A DNA stretch of 64,000 bases from assembly GCF_055900595.2 (NCBI RefSeq), contig NZ_CM148325.1; one strand, 5' to 3'. Positions 22,457 to 35,000 of this stretch are shown one piece after another. The translations under genes and the position numbers were made by a program. Below the pieces are notes generated by a model that was not told where the DNA came from, searched no databases, and saw only the letters and a list, made by a program, of their open reading frames with translations. Position 1 is the first letter of the stretch; the number at the start of each line of letters is the position of its first letter.

Positions 22457-23635
22457 ATGCAATTGCGTAAATTACTGCTGCCAGGACTGCTTTCCGTTAC
22501 CCTTTTAAGCGGCTGTTCGCTGTTTAACAGCGAAGAAGATGTGGTAAAGATGTCCCCATTGCCAACCGTTGAAAACCAGTTTACGCCGACCACGGCGTGG
22601 AGCACTTCCGTTGGTAGCGGCATTGGCAACTTCTATTCCAATCTTCATCCGGCACTGGCGGACAACATTGTCTATGCAGCAGACCGCGCTGGTTTAGTAA
22701 AAGCGCTGAATGCGGATGATGGCAAAGAAATCTGGTCTGTCAGTCTGGCCGAGAAAGATGGCTGGTTCTCTAAAGAGCCTGCATTACTTTCTGGCGGCGT
22801 GACCGTGTCTGGCGGACATGTCTACATTGGTAGCGAAAAGGCGCAGGTTTACGCGCTGAATACCAGCGATGGTACTGTGGCATGGCAAACTAAAGTCGCG
22901 GGTGAAGCGCTTTCTCGCCCGGTGGTCAGCGACGGTCTGGTGTTAATCCACACCAGTAACGGTCAGTTGCAAGCCCTGAACGAAGCTGACGGCGCTGTCA
23001 AATGGACAGTTAACCTCGATATGCCTTCACTCTCTTTGCGTGGCGAGTCTGCGCCAGCAACGGCTTTTGGTGCGGCCGTCGTGGGTGGCGATAATGGTCG
23101 CGTCAGCGCAGTGCTAATGGAACAGGGCCAGATGATTTGGCAGCAGCGTATTTCCCAGGCGACCGGTTCTACCGAAATTGACCGCCTGAGCGATGTTGAC
23201 ACGACTCCCGTCATTGTTAACGGCGTTGTTTTCGCGCTGGCCTATAATGGTAACCTGACAGCGCTTGATCTGCGCAGCGGTCAGATTATGTGGAAGCGCG
23301 AACTGGGTTCGGTGAATGATTTCATCGTCGACGGCAACCGCATCTATCTGGTCGATCAAAATGACCGGGTGATGGCGTTGACCATTGATGGCGGCGTTAC
23401 GCTGTGGACACAAAGCGATCTGCTGCATCGCCTGTTGACTTCTCCGGTGCTGTATAATGGCAACCTGGTGGTAGGTGACAGTGAAGGTTATCTGCACTGG
23501 ATCAACGTCGAAGATGGTCGTTTCGTTGCCCAGCAAAAAGTTGATAGTTCCGGTTTCCAGACTGAACCGGTTGCCGCTGACGGCAAACTGCTGATCCAGG
23601 CAAAAGACGGGACTGTGTACTCTATTACACGTTAA
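22457..23635 (+). CDS. bamB: outer-membrane assembly lipoprotein BamB
   Basis: 392-aa ORF with lipoprotein signal LLSGC and PQQ-like beta-propeller repeats. Confidence 0.92.
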   Translation: MQLRKLLLPGLLSVTLLSGCSLFNSEEDVVKMSPLPTVENQFTPTTAWSTSVGSGIGNFYSNLHPALADNIVYAADRAGLVKALNADDGKEIWSVSLAEKDGWFSKEPALLSGGVTVSGGHVYIGSEKAQVYALNTSDGTVAWQTKVAGEALSRPVVSDGLVLIHTSNGQLQALNEADGAVKWTVNLDMPSLSLRGESAPATAFGAAVVGGDNGRVSAVLMEQGQMIWQQRISQATGSTEIDRLSDVDTTPVIVNGVVFALAYNGNLTALDLRSGQIMWKRELGSVNDFIVDGNRIYLVDQNDRVMALTIDGGVTLWTQSDLLHRLLTSPVLYNGNLVVGDSEGYLHWINVEDGRFVAQQKVDSSGFQTEPVAADGKLLIQAKDGTVYSITR

Positions 23636-23752
23636 TCGTCTCTGTCGTTCACTTTGAAAACGGCTCCTGGACAGGGGCCGTTTTCCTGTTTTTAACAACG
23701 ACACGAATATAGCGTGCGTTGTCTGATGATTTATAAAAATGAGGCTTTAAAC

Positions 23753-25225
23753 ATGGTACCTGTGGTCGCGCTTGTCGGGCGCCCTAACGTAGGAAAATCC
23801 ACGTTATTTAACCGTCTAACTCGCACCCGAGATGCGCTGGTTGCGGATTTCCCGGGTCTGACTCGTGACCGTAAGTACGGTCGTGCGGAAATTGAAGGCC
23901 GCGAGTTTATCTGTATTGATACCGGCGGGATTGACGGAACAGAAGACGGTGTAGAAACCCGCATGGCGGAACAGTCGCTGCTGGCGATTGAAGAAGCGGA
24001 CGTCGTACTGTTTATGGTGGATGCGCGCGCGGGCCTGATGCCTGCGGATGAAGCGATTGCCAAACATCTGCGCTCCCGCGAAAAACCCACCTTTCTGGTG
24101 GCAAACAAAACCGATGGTCTGGATCCGGATCAGGCCGTTGTTGATTTCTATTCGCTCGGTTTAGGTGAAATCTATCCTATCGCCGCGTCTCACGGTCGTG
24201 GCGTATTAAGTCTGCTGGAGCACGTGCTGTTGCCGTGGATGGAAGATATCGCACCACAAGAAGAAGTGGATGAAGACGCTGAGTACTGGGCGCAATTTGA
24301 AGCGGAAGAGAACGGCGAAGAAGAAGAGGAAGACGACTTTGACCCGCAAAGTCTGCCAATCAAACTGGCGATAGTGGGTCGTCCTAACGTCGGTAAGTCT
24401 ACACTCACTAACCGTATCCTTGGCGAAGAACGCGTCGTAGTTTACGACATGCCGGGCACTACGCGTGACAGTATCTACATTCCAATGGAACGCGATGGGC
24501 GTGAGTATGTACTCATTGACACTGCGGGCGTACGTAAACGCGGCAAAATCACCGATGCGGTAGAGAAATTCTCCGTAATCAAAACATTGCAGGCGATTGA
24601 AGATGCCAACGTGGTGATGTTGGTGATTGATGCTCGCGAAGGTATTTCCGATCAGGATCTCTCCCTGCTGGGCTTTATTCTCAATAGTGGGCGCTCACTT
24701 GTCATTGTAGTGAACAAGTGGGACGGCCTGAGCCAGGAAGTGAAAGAGCAAGTAAAAGAGACGCTGGACTTCCGTCTGGGCTTTATCGACTTCGCCCGTG
24801 TGCATTTTATCTCTGCATTATACGGCAGCGGCGTTGGTAACCTGTTTGAGTCAGTACGTGAAGCGTATGACAGCTCCACCCGTCGTGTGGGGACATCTAT
24901 GCTGACGCGTATCATGACCATGGCGGTTGAAGATCACCAGCCGCCGCTGGTTCGCGGGCGTCGTGTGAAGCTGAAATATGCCCACGCCGGTGGTTACAAT
25001 CCGCCGATTGTGGTGATTCACGGCAACCAAGTGAAAGACCTGCCTGATTCGTACAAACGCTACTTGATGAATTACTTCCGCAAGTCTCTGGACGTGATGG
25101 GTACGCCGATTCGTATTCAGTTCAAAGAAGGGGAAAACCCATATGCGAACAAGCGTAACACCCTGACGCCGACCCAGATGCGCAAGCGTAAGCGTTTGAT
25201 GAAGCATATTAAGAAAAGTAAGTAA
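23753..25225 (+). CDS. der: ribosome-associated GTPase Der (EngA)
   Basis: ORF 23714..25225; start likely [17 protein letters not shown] at 23753; two tandem GTPase domains (GRPNVGKST twice). Confidence 0.93.
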   Translation: MVPVVALVGRPNVGKSTLFNRLTRTRDALVADFPGLTRDRKYGRAEIEGREFICIDTGGIDGTEDGVETRMAEQSLLAIEEADVVLFMVDARAGLMPADEAIAKHLRSREKPTFLVANKTDGLDPDQAVVDFYSLGLGEIYPIAASHGRGVLSLLEHVLLPWMEDIAPQEEVDEDAEYWAQFEAEENGEEEEEDDFDPQSLPIKLAIVGRPNVGKSTLTNRILGEERVVVYDMPGTTRDSIYIPMERDGREYVLIDTAGVRKRGKITDAVEKFSVIKTLQAIEDANVVMLVIDAREGISDQDLSLLGFILNSGRSLVIVVNKWDGLSQEVKEQVKETLDFRLGFIDFARVHFISALYGSGVGNLFESVREAYDSSTRRVGTSMLTRIMTMAVEDHQPPLVRGRRVKLKYAHAGGYNPPIVVIHGNQVKDLPDSYKRYLMNYFRKSLDVMGTPIRIQFKEGENPYANKRNTLTPTQMRKRKRLMKHIKKSK

Positions 25226-25287
25226 TCACTTATCTGGTTTCCCTTTCCAAACGGAGAGGGAAACTGAACAACAGGCGAGGAGTATTT

Positions 25288-25503
25288 ATGGAACTCAACT
25301 GCCCAACCTGCCATAACCCTCTCGAACGCAACGGTGAAACTGCCCACTGTGCAACTTGTGCCAAAGATTTCACCATTCAGGCGCTTTGTCCTGACTGCCA
25401 TCAGCCATTACAGGTGTTAAAAGCTTGTGGTGCAGTAGATTATTTCTGCCAGCATGGGCACGGTTTAATATCCAAAAAGCGCGTTGAATTTATTGTTGCT
25501 TAA
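25288..25503 (+). CDS. yfgJ: zinc-ribbon protein YfgJ
   Basis: 71-aa ORF with CPTC..CATC..CPDC..C Cys pairs. Confidence 0.85.
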   Translation: MELNCPTCHNPLERNGETAHCATCAKDFTIQALCPDCHQPLQVLKACGAVDYFCQHGHGLISKKRVEFIVA

Positions 25504-25712
25504 TATTATTTAAATATATGGTGTAATCATTTGTATTCATAATATAAATGATTGCATCCTATTTTATTTGTTGAAACGCAAATGTAAGTGAGCGAAATCA
25601 CTGTGTTATAAATTTAAGATTATATTTAGTTTTCCTGGCGTGCCTTTCTGAATAATCTGGAATAGAATATTAGAGCTAATTTTAAGCATTATTAATGTCA
25701 CAGGGGATGTGC

Positions 25713-27887
25713 ATGCTGCGATGGAAACGCTGTATTATGCTAACATTTATCTCTGGAGCTGCTTTTGCGGCTCCAGAGATAAATGTTGAGCATAAAGAAT
25801 CGTTACCTGATTTAGGTAGTCAGGCCGCACAACAGGAAGAGCAAACTAACAAGGGTAAATCGCTAAAAGAGCGTGGTGCCGATTACGTCATTAACTCTGC
25901 CACGCAAGGGTTTGAAAACCTGACACCCGAGGCGCTGGAGTCCCAGGCCAGAAGCTATCTGCAAAGTCAAATTACCTCTACGACACAATCTTATATTGAG
26001 GATACACTCTCCCCCTACGGTAAGGTCCGAACGAATCTTTCTCTTGGTCAGGGCGGCGATCTGGATGGCAGTTCCATCGATTATTTTGTTCCCTGGTATG
26101 ATAATCAAACTACTGTTTATTTCAGCCAATTTTCTGCACAACGAAAAGAAGATCGTACGATCGGGAATATTGGGCTTGGTGTAAGACATAATTTTGATAG
26201 ATGGTTATTGGGTGGAAATATATTTTATGATTATGACTTTACCCGTGGGCATCGCCGTTTAGGTTTAGGCGCCGAAGCGTGGACTGATTATTTAAAATTC
26301 TCTGGCAACTATTATCACCCGCTTTCTGACTGGAAAGACTCCGAAGATTTCGATTTTTATGAGGAGCGCCCGGCGCGCGGCTGGGATATTCGCGCCGAAG
26401 CCTGGCTACCTGCTTACCCGCAGCTTGGCGGTAAAATCGTTTTCGAACAGTATTACGGTGATGAAGTCGCGCTTTTTGGCACCGATAATCTGGAGAATGA
26501 TCCCTTCGCCGTCACGCTGGGTGTGAAATACCAGCCCCTACCACTCATTGCCGTAGGAACGGATTTCAAAGCCGGCACTGGCGATAATACCGATCTTTCT
26601 GTTAACGCAACGCTGAACTACCAGTTTGGTGTCCCGCTCAAAGACCAGCTTGATCCTGACAAAGTGAGCGCGGCTCACTCGCTCATGGGCAGCCGTCACG
26701 ACTTTGTTGAACGTAACAACTTTATTGTTCTGGAATACAAAGAGAAAGATCCCCTCGATGTCACTTTGTGGCTGAAAGCCGATGCGACGAATGAACATCC
26801 CGAGTGCGTGATTAAAGATACGCCAGAAGCAGCCATCGGGCTGGAAAAATGTAAGTGGACCATTAACGCGCTCATTAATCATCACTACAAAATCGTTGCT
26901 GCCTCCTGGCAGGCGAAAAACAATGCTGCACGTACGCTGGTGATGCCGGTTATCAAAGAAAATACGCTTACCGAAGGGAACAACAATCACTGGAATCTGG
27001 TGCTGCCTGCCTGGCAGTACAGCTCTGATAAAGCCGACCAGGAAAAACTCAATACCTGGCGGGTACGCCTGTCGCTGGAAGATGAAAAGGGCAATCGGCA
27101 GAACTCCGGCGTGGTGGAAATTACCGTTCAGCAGGACCGTAAAATTGAGCTCATTGTTAACAACATCGCCAATGTACCGGATGAGAACAATCACAGCCAC
27201 GAAGCCAGCGCGCAAGCGGATGGTGTAGATGGTGTCGTCATGGATCTCGACGTTACCGATAGTTTTGGCGACAACACTGACCGTAACGGTAATGTCTTGC
27301 CGCAGGATAATCTCAGCCCGCAGCTGTTTGACGCCAATGATAAAAAAGTGACGCTGACAAATAAACCCTGCACCACCGAGGTGCCGTGCGTTTTTATCGC
27401 CAAACAAGATAAAGAAAAGGGGACCGTTACGCTCTCCAGTACGTTGCCCGGCACCTTCCGCTGGAAAGCGAAAGCCGCCCCTTATGATGACAGTAACTAT
27501 GTTGACGTAACGTTCCTGGGTTCTGACATCGGCGGGCTGAATGCTTTTATCTACCGCGTTGGTGCAGCTAAGCCCGTCAATCTTATCGGCAACAAAGAAC
27601 CGTTGCCTCTCAATAGCCGCTATCGCTTTGTGCTGTGGCGCGACGCTAACAAAGACGGCGTGTTCCAGCTTTCTGAGAAGCTCACTGACGATGAGATGAA
27701 ACAGTATGACTATCAGTGGGAATTCACGGGGCATAGCGTAAATGGCAATACCGGTGCGCAAACCAATACCACGAACGTCGATATAGAGATCCCGGCAACC
27801 AACAAGGAAGCGGCAGCAAAGTTTAGTGCCCAGGTAACCGATGGCGTGCAGGGATACGGTTTGCAGGTCAATTACAGCAAGAAATAG
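25713..27887 (+). CDS. sinH: intimin/invasin-family inverse autotransporter (SinH-like)
   Basis: ORF 25695..27887; ATG 25713 has SD AGGGGA and gives signal peptide MLRWKRCIMLTFISGAAFA; N-terminal beta-barrel-type region with Ig-like passenger domains; island position between yfgJ and xseA. Confidence 0.75.
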   Translation: MLRWKRCIMLTFISGAAFAAPEINVEHKESLPDLGSQAAQQEEQTNKGKSLKERGADYVINSATQGFENLTPEALESQARSYLQSQITSTTQSYIEDTLSPYGKVRTNLSLGQGGDLDGSSIDYFVPWYDNQTTVYFSQFSAQRKEDRTIGNIGLGVRHNFDRWLLGGNIFYDYDFTRGHRRLGLGAEAWTDYLKFSGNYYHPLSDWKDSEDFDFYEERPARGWDIRAEAWLPAYPQLGGKIVFEQYYGDEVALFGTDNLENDPFAVTLGVKYQPLPLIAVGTDFKAGTGDNTDLSVNATLNYQFGVPLKDQLDPDKVSAAHSLMGSRHDFVERNNFIVLEYKEKDPLDVTLWLKADATNEHPECVIKDTPEAAIGLEKCKWTINALINHHYKIVAASWQAKNNAARTLVMPVIKENTLTEGNNNHWNLVLPAWQYSSDKADQEKLNTWRVRLSLEDEKGNRQNSGVVEITVQQDRKIELIVNNIANVPDENNHSHEASAQADGVDGVVMDLDVTDSFGDNTDRNGNVLPQDNLSPQLFDANDKKVTLTNKPCTTEVPCVFIAKQDKEKGTVTLSSTLPGTFRWKAKAAPYDDSNYVDVTFLGSDIGGLNAFIYRVGAAKPVNLIGNKEPLPLNSRYRFVLWRDANKDGVFQLSEKLTDDEMKQYDYQWEFTGHSVNGNTGAQTNTTNVDIEIPATNKEAAAKFSAQVTDGVQGYGLQVNYSKK

Positions 27888-27942
27888 GGTCGGCGCCATG
27901 GCTGATCGGGCCACCGCTGAATATTAATCAAGGAGAGTGTTT

Positions 27943-28935
27943 ATGAAACCTGATATGAAACGTGGCCTGACAAAAGTCGCGCTCGCGTTGATGCTGGCTG
28001 GATACTGTGCCGTACCAGCCGCTATGGCGGAAGATGCCGCCTGGGTCGCCAGTGGAGCGACCGCTGAATTCGAAGGGACTATACCCTGGCTCTATCGCGA
28101 AGGGGGGAATGCCACGATTAACTCGGAAGATGCGGATCACATTAAAGTGACGTCTGATGGTAAAGGGACCCGCCCTGCAGGTAGCGAGACGGATAAACGC
28201 CTTTACTCAGGGGATACCATCACGCTGGGATGGGATATCGGCGATACCGAAGGGGATGTTGATGATGGTCCCGCAGGCATTGATGCGAAAACGACGGCCA
28301 CTATCAAATGGTACAGCTACAGCAATAATGCGGGTGGCGATAAAACGGAGCTGACCGCAGCGGCAGGCAAGACGAGTTATAAACTCACTGATGACGATCG
28401 TGGGCGTTATATCGGTGTTGAAATCCAGCCCATCACCCAGACCGGTAATCCCTTCGAGGGAACGTCGCTGACTCTGCTGGATATTTCAACGGCCAGCGGT
28501 GGCGGCAGCGATACGGACAATGTCGATCCCGGCCCGGTTGTGAACCAGAATCTGAAAGTTGCCATCTTCGAGAAAGGCACCACTACCAACCTTATCGGTG
28601 GTAACACGGCCATTGCGCTTAATAAAACGTATGTGGCCAAACTGTACTCGGATGAAAACCAGAACGATAAATACGACGCAGGTACGGATATGGACGTTAC
28701 CGCTAACTATGACTTTGCATGGGTCTTTAACGGTAACAGTAAACAACTTGCTGCGGCGGGCGGTATTGCTAATGCCAGCTTCGATAACAATGACATTGTT
28801 ATCCCGCAAACTAACGAAGAAGCAAGAACCAGCCTTAACGGTAGTGATCGTAATGGTAAGAGTGGTCTTGCGATCCCGGCAAACGGCGACGGCGTTCAGG
28901 GCTATACGCTGTCTATCATTTACAAACACCACTAA
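27943..28935 (+). CDS. secreted SinI-like protein sharing a C-terminal module with SinH
   Basis: ORF 27937..28935; ATG 27943 preceded by AGGAG; signal peptide; C-terminus DGVQGYTLSIIYKHH parallels the SinH C-terminus DGVQGYGLQVNYSKK. Confidence 0.7.
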   Translation: MKPDMKRGLTKVALALMLAGYCAVPAAMAEDAAWVASGATAEFEGTIPWLYREGGNATINSEDADHIKVTSDGKGTRPAGSETDKRLYSGDTITLGWDIGDTEGDVDDGPAGIDAKTTATIKWYSYSNNAGGDKTELTAAAGKTSYKLTDDDRGRYIGVEIQPITQTGNPFEGTSLTLLDISTASGGGSDTDNVDPGPVVNQNLKVAIFEKGTTTNLIGGNTAIALNKTYVAKLYSDENQNDKYDAGTDMDVTANYDFAWVFNGNSKQLAAAGGIANASFDNNDIVIPQTNEEARTSLNGSDRNGKSGLAIPANGDGVQGYTLSIIYKHH

Positions 28936-29043
28936 TGCGCACAACAGCATTCCCTTACGGGAATGCTGTTTTCGCCTGTTTTGCTTAGCGACGCGTTAAG
29001 CAAAACAGGTTGATGTTTTGTTTATCATGCTGGAGTTTTCTAC

Positions 29044-32000
29044 ATGTCGGTATGTCTGAAACCAGGGAAAATCATTATGCTTCTGGGCATGTTGGCAGCT
29101 TTTATGCTGTCTGACTTTGCACGGGCAGGGGCGGAATGGCAGACATATCCTGATTCTACAGGCGAGTTTAACGGAACCGTTCCTTTTGCCGACAGCGCCA
29201 GCGTACCCGTCTATCAGGGCAGTGTTCAGCTTAATCCTGCTGAATCTCATGATGTCGGGTTTTCTGCTAAACCGAATGAATTTAGCGTTGACGATGACGC
29301 TGCTAACCTGATTGTCGCTAATCCTCAGGACAATGAAGGCGACCAGTTTTCCACACCACCTGCGCTGCGCTGGGAAAATCAAACACCCCCTACCGTCAGC
29401 CTGGTGTGGGCCGATGCCGCCACGCCCGATGTGCCCCTTAACCCACAACCTATTGCTAACCGTAGCTTTTGCGCTCAGGGGCTGGCCGGACGCTCGCTGG
29501 TGGCCTGGCCGCAGATTGATGCGCAGCAAACCCTCCCACTGCTCTACCTGTTGACCTCGACCGGCTATCCCTATGCGGGGACGGTGGCGCTGGTGGACCA
29601 GAAAGTGACCCTGAACATCGCGCCCGCGCAGGGCGATTTAATCTCGGTGAGCGCCAGCGGTTATAACGAAACGATCGCGGCGGCAAAAACCACCGTTGGC
29701 GACACCATCACGCTCACCGTCACCACTAAAGATTGTCAGGGCAACGTCGCGGGTAATATTCCGTTTATTATCAAACGTAAAGATGCTGAAAATCGCCAGG
29801 GGGCAGTGAATAATAGTGCGCCAGTGGTACTGGATAGCACCGAGTTAACGACGACGGCTACCGAATACCATGGCACCTCTGATGCCAACGGCACGGCCAC
29901 CATCACGGTGAGCCAACCGAACGGCCCTGGCGTCAAAACGCCACTGGTGGTCAGCATTTCCGGCATTGCGCAAACCAGCGAAACCGCGGTGATTTTTACG
30001 GTGCTCACCAGCCCGGACGCGGCGCAGGCTACGATGTGGGGCCATATGGCGGAAACGGTAGAAGCGCACGGTTACACCTTCAGTCGACCAAAGCTGGCGG
30101 CAGAAGTCAGCAATGAAAGCGCCACGGTCGTCGATCACAACGAAACCTGGTCCACCTTCACCTGGAGCGGCGCAGATAACCACTGCACCGTGCTGCCCGG
30201 CATGCGCCACTTCGGCGCGCTGGCGACCGTTATCCCCACATCGGTGCAGACAGTCCTTGGCTGGCCGATGCAGGGGGATTATTACTGGTCATCGCTGGCG
30301 GGCACCACCGGGCAGCACCATGCGGCGGATGTCTCTAACCGTGGTGAAACGCAAAAGCCGGATAGCACCCCGTTTCTTGTAAGCTGCGTGGATAAACCCG
30401 CGCCTGATGTCGAGCCGAAAATCGTCCTTACGCCCGAAAACTATGATGATACGGCACAGGCGATGAAATCGCAGGTGGGCGAAGACGCCACGATGCGTCT
30501 GACGATCACCGACAATAAAAATAACGATCAACCACTGGCGTATTACTACTTCTCGCTGCATCTGGATGACGGCGTTAACCGCAAAAATCAAACCGATTCC
30601 GCCTGGGAAGCCCATCCGGTGCAGATTACTGGTGGTTCGAATTTGCAACAGGTTGATGCTCACACCTATGAAGGCATGACCGATGTCAACGGTCAGGCTT
30701 CGCTAACCCTGAGTCAGCCCGACGGCGCAGGCGTGAAAACCCATATCACGGCGAAAATGCGCAGCAATTTTACGGCTACAGATGCCAAAGACGTGATTTT
30801 TACTGTGATCACCAGCCCGGACAGCGACAAGGCGCGGATGTGGGGCCATATGCGCGGCATTGTTGTATCTGGCAGTCTGTTCAAACGCCCAGTGCTGGCG
30901 GATGAAACTGAGCATGAACTGGGATCGGTGCGGGAAAATAACGAAGACTGGGCGCTGTTCGATCAAGACACCAGTATGCAGGCTGAATGCGGCGTCGGCC
31001 ATACGCCAAGTCAGAGTGGGCTGGAAAGCCTTTTTTCAGCCCATCCCGGTAACGCGATTGGCACTGAGTATGGCTGGCCCACCGCACAACAGAACTACCT
31101 AAGCGCGGTGGAGCAAGCCACGCATTCATCGGTGAATTTGGCGAACGGAAACGTCGACAGCTACCCCGGCTTTAAGCGAAATTACCTCTCCTGTTCGGGC
31201 AATGAGATGGTCGCGAAGGTTGAAGTGAGCACCGATCACGATGTCACCCCTGGCACCAAAGCGCAGGCCAAAGTGGGAGACACCGTCGTGATGACCGTGC
31301 GTACGGTTAACGCGCTCAATAATACCCCCGTTCCCTTTACTGCCTTCACCATCACTAAAGGCATGGGGTATAACCGAGCGGGGCTGGTGAGCGGGTTTGA
31401 TGACCCGAGCAGCGGCGCAATCTCGATGAATGGCACGCAATACGGCACATCTCAGCCGTCGATGGTCTACACAGGTACGACAGATGCACAAGGCGTGGCA
31501 ACGGTCGAAATAGAGCAACCCCAGGGGGTGGGGTTAAGAACCGTGCTGAGCATTACGCCGGTCAATTCCCATCTACCAAATGCCATTAATTACAATGTTA
31601 TTTTTACCACCCCAACCAGCCCGGATGTTAGTGGGGCGCAGATGTGGGGCCATATGGATGAAACGATTACCGTTGATTCATTAACCTTTACCCGGCCTAA
31701 GCTGGCAGCAGAAATCACCAGTCCGGATGGCACATTAACGGAAAAAAACGAAGTCTGGGCGCGCGTTAGCCAGGCCAGTACGGCCATTACCAGTAAAGGC
31801 GGTTGCGGAACCAATATGCTGCCGCGCCGCTCCCAGCTCAGTGCGCTCTATGACGCTAATAACGGTAATGCGGTGCAAGCCACACACGGCTGGCCGACGC
31901 AGCGTCAGCCCTACTGGAGCAGTTCCCCCGCGGATTTAACGCCGCACAATTACACCATTGCCCTGGATAACGGCGCACAGGCCATCGGCGGCGATACGCC

Positions 32001-35000
32001 GGTTTACGTCAGTTGCCTGACGACGGCGAACAAACCTGCCAGCAGCATTACGCTGGATGTGGTTGATAACGCACAGTGGGCTGCCGGAAATAACGCGGCG
32101 AAGCTGAAAAAAGGCGAAACGCTACAGGTTAAGGTAACGGTAAAAGATGCGCAGGGTAATCCGCTCACGGATATGCCATTTAAACTGAGTCGCGGAGACG
32201 GTTATACCCGCACGGGCGAAAAACATATTGCCGGTAGTGGCGATGCGCTGGTGGCACCGGTGGTGATTAACAGTGGGCTGGCGGATGAAACGACGTTGAA
32301 CGACACCGCGGGATTTTATACTGCCATGACCGGCAGCGACGGCAGCAAAATCCTCAATATTACCCGCCCGGATACTCACGGTACCAAAACGGCGCTGACG
32401 GCGACGTTGTATTCCGATCCAACAAAAAAAGACAGCCTGGATACAATCTTTACTGTGGTCACCAGCCCGGATAGTAGCAAAGCGAAAATGTGGGGCCATA
32501 TGCCGGAAACCTTAACGGCGGCAGATGGTACCGTTTTTAAACGCCCATTGCTGATAAAGGAACTGTCGAGTCAGACCGGGCGAACAGCAATATTCGAAGA
32601 CAATGAAAACTGGGCGCTGTTTACTCAAACCCAGGCGAACTCAACCAGTAACGGCTGCGGCACTAGCTATGTTCCCACTCAGGCAGGGTTGTTGTCGTTG
32701 TTTGATAATCACGCTGGCAATACCATCAAAACCGTCCAGGGCTGGCCGGTAGTAACGCGTTATTTATCCAGCACGCCCGACAACACTGGCATGGAACAGC
32801 GTAACTACAAAGCGGTGGATCTCGGCAATGGCACCAGTGCCATGGTGTCAACGTCGACACTGGATCTACTGACCTGCCAAACCACGCCAGTCACCACGGT
32901 GAGCCAGATTCTGCTGGAAGCGGCAGATCCTGCGGCTCTGATTTATGTTGACGATACACTGAGTGTGGTTAAAGCCAAAAAAGGCGAAGAGTCGGTAGTG
33001 CGCGTCACCACGAAAGATGCGCAAGGTAACCCGGTTGGCAATGCGGCGTTTATTCTGAAACGTGCCACCAGCATAAACCGGAGGTATACATCAGCGACAG
33101 CGAGTGTAGGTGCGCTGACTGTAACCGATGCCTGGGGAAATACGCGGAGTAATTTTCAGGCAACAACTGAAATGATCTATGGCGTGACGGGGGCTGACGG
33201 GTCGACAACCTTTACGCTGAAACAGGATAACAGTACCGGGTTAAGAACCGATCTCACGGCATCACTGGATGGCGTCAGCAGCGTTCAGGCGACCCTCCCG
33301 ATGGTCTTTACCGTGGTAACCAGTCCAGATTCTCCTAAAGCGAATTTTTGGGGACACATGCCTGAAACGGTAACGGCCGCTGATGGCATGACGTATAAGC
33401 GACCATTACTGTTTAAAGAACTTACCAATAACTATGCACGCTATAGCACTTTTGAGAATGGTGAAGATTGGGCAAGATTCAGTGTGGTTCAGTCAAATAA
33501 CACCGATATGGATGGATGCGGTGCAGAGTATATGCCGACACTGGATGGCCTGCAGTCCTTGTACAGTGCCAATAGTGGTAATGCGATGAGTACAGTGCAG
33601 GGATGGCCGGTAGCTAATAGTTATCTCACCAATACACCGAGTGATACGCAACCCAGTAACCGTTATTACAATGTGGTGCAACTGAATTCCGGCGCGGTTT
33701 CTCAAATCGTGACCACCGTGCTGGCATTACAAACTTGTCGCACAACGCCTGCGGTTATTGCCAGCCAGGTGTCTCTGGAGCCTGCGGACGCCACGCAATT
33801 CGTTAAGGTTGACGATACTCTGAGCGCCATTAAGGTGAAAAAAGGCGATGAGGTTGTTATTCGCGTCACGACCAAAGATGCGCAAGGAAACCCGGTGGGT
33901 AATACGCCGTTTACACTGAAGCGTAGCAGTTCTTTCAATCGCCAGAATGCATTAGTGACGATGCAGACGGTTTCGGTGACACCCGCAGCGGCCAGTACAG
34001 TTGATACCAATGCATCGGCCACCGTGTATGGCGTGACCGGGCCAGACGGAACCACCACGATGACACTCCGACAGGATGCGTCTACTGGACTCAAAACCGA
34101 CTTTTATGCTCTGTTGAACGATACCGGCGTGTCGTCGAACACCTTGCCAGTGATCTTCACCGTCGTCACCAGCCCGGATACACCGCTGGCGGCCAACTGG
34201 GGGCATATGGCGGAAACCTTTACCAGCAGCAAGGGCGTCACCTTCAAACGGCCTTTCCTCAAAGCTGAACTTTCTGGTGGTACGGCGGTAACGACCAATA
34301 ATGAAGTCTGGTCGCGCCTGACAGCAACGGAGAAAACGGATGCCAGCAAGGCGGGTTGTGATGAGAGTTATCAACCGCTGATGACTGACATGCAGGGGTT
34401 GTATGCGGATTACCCTAACAACCAGTTGGGCACGGTGCTCGGCTTGCCGACTTCCGCCGGGTATATGTGGGCCTACGACATGATGACGGTTTCTGGCAGC
34501 AGCTGGAGCAACCAGGCATATTCGCTCGTTAATGGTCAGACAGTTCAGGCATCGTCCAGTTATACGGCGGTAGTGATGTGCCTGGTGGAACCGCATACCG
34601 TTCCGGCGATGATAGAGATCACTTCAACAGCACAGGATGCGGCAAAAACGGTCAGCAATGGTGGTCGACCGAGCGCCGTAGCGAAGAAAGGTGAGACGAT
34701 TCCGCTGACGGTGACCGTACGTGATAGCACCGGGAATCCGGTACCCTACGCCGACTTTACCCTCACGCGTGGAACGACGCTGGATCGCTCGAAAGCAACC
34801 GTTAACTCGAGTGCGGACGATCTTACCGTGAAGTCATTGATACCCGCGAACAGCGACGCTGGGCTGACGGCAAATGGGGCAAAAGTGCTCAGAACAACGG
34901 GCAGTGATGGCACTGCCACCTTTGAAGTGAGCCAGAATGCCACGACAGGTCTGGCGACACCGATAACCGTCACGCTGGCGCGCGATACAACCAAAACCGC

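Noticed and set aside
26538-27914. 458-aa ORF antisense to the SinH-like gene
   Set aside because: Lies entirely inside the opposite-strand coding region of a well-supported gene and has no recognisable protein features; antisense artefact.
33952-34596. Several 100-200 aa minus-strand ORFs inside the ratA-like gene
   Set aside because: All nested antisense within the single 8.1-kb plus-strand ORF; no start context or domain signal.
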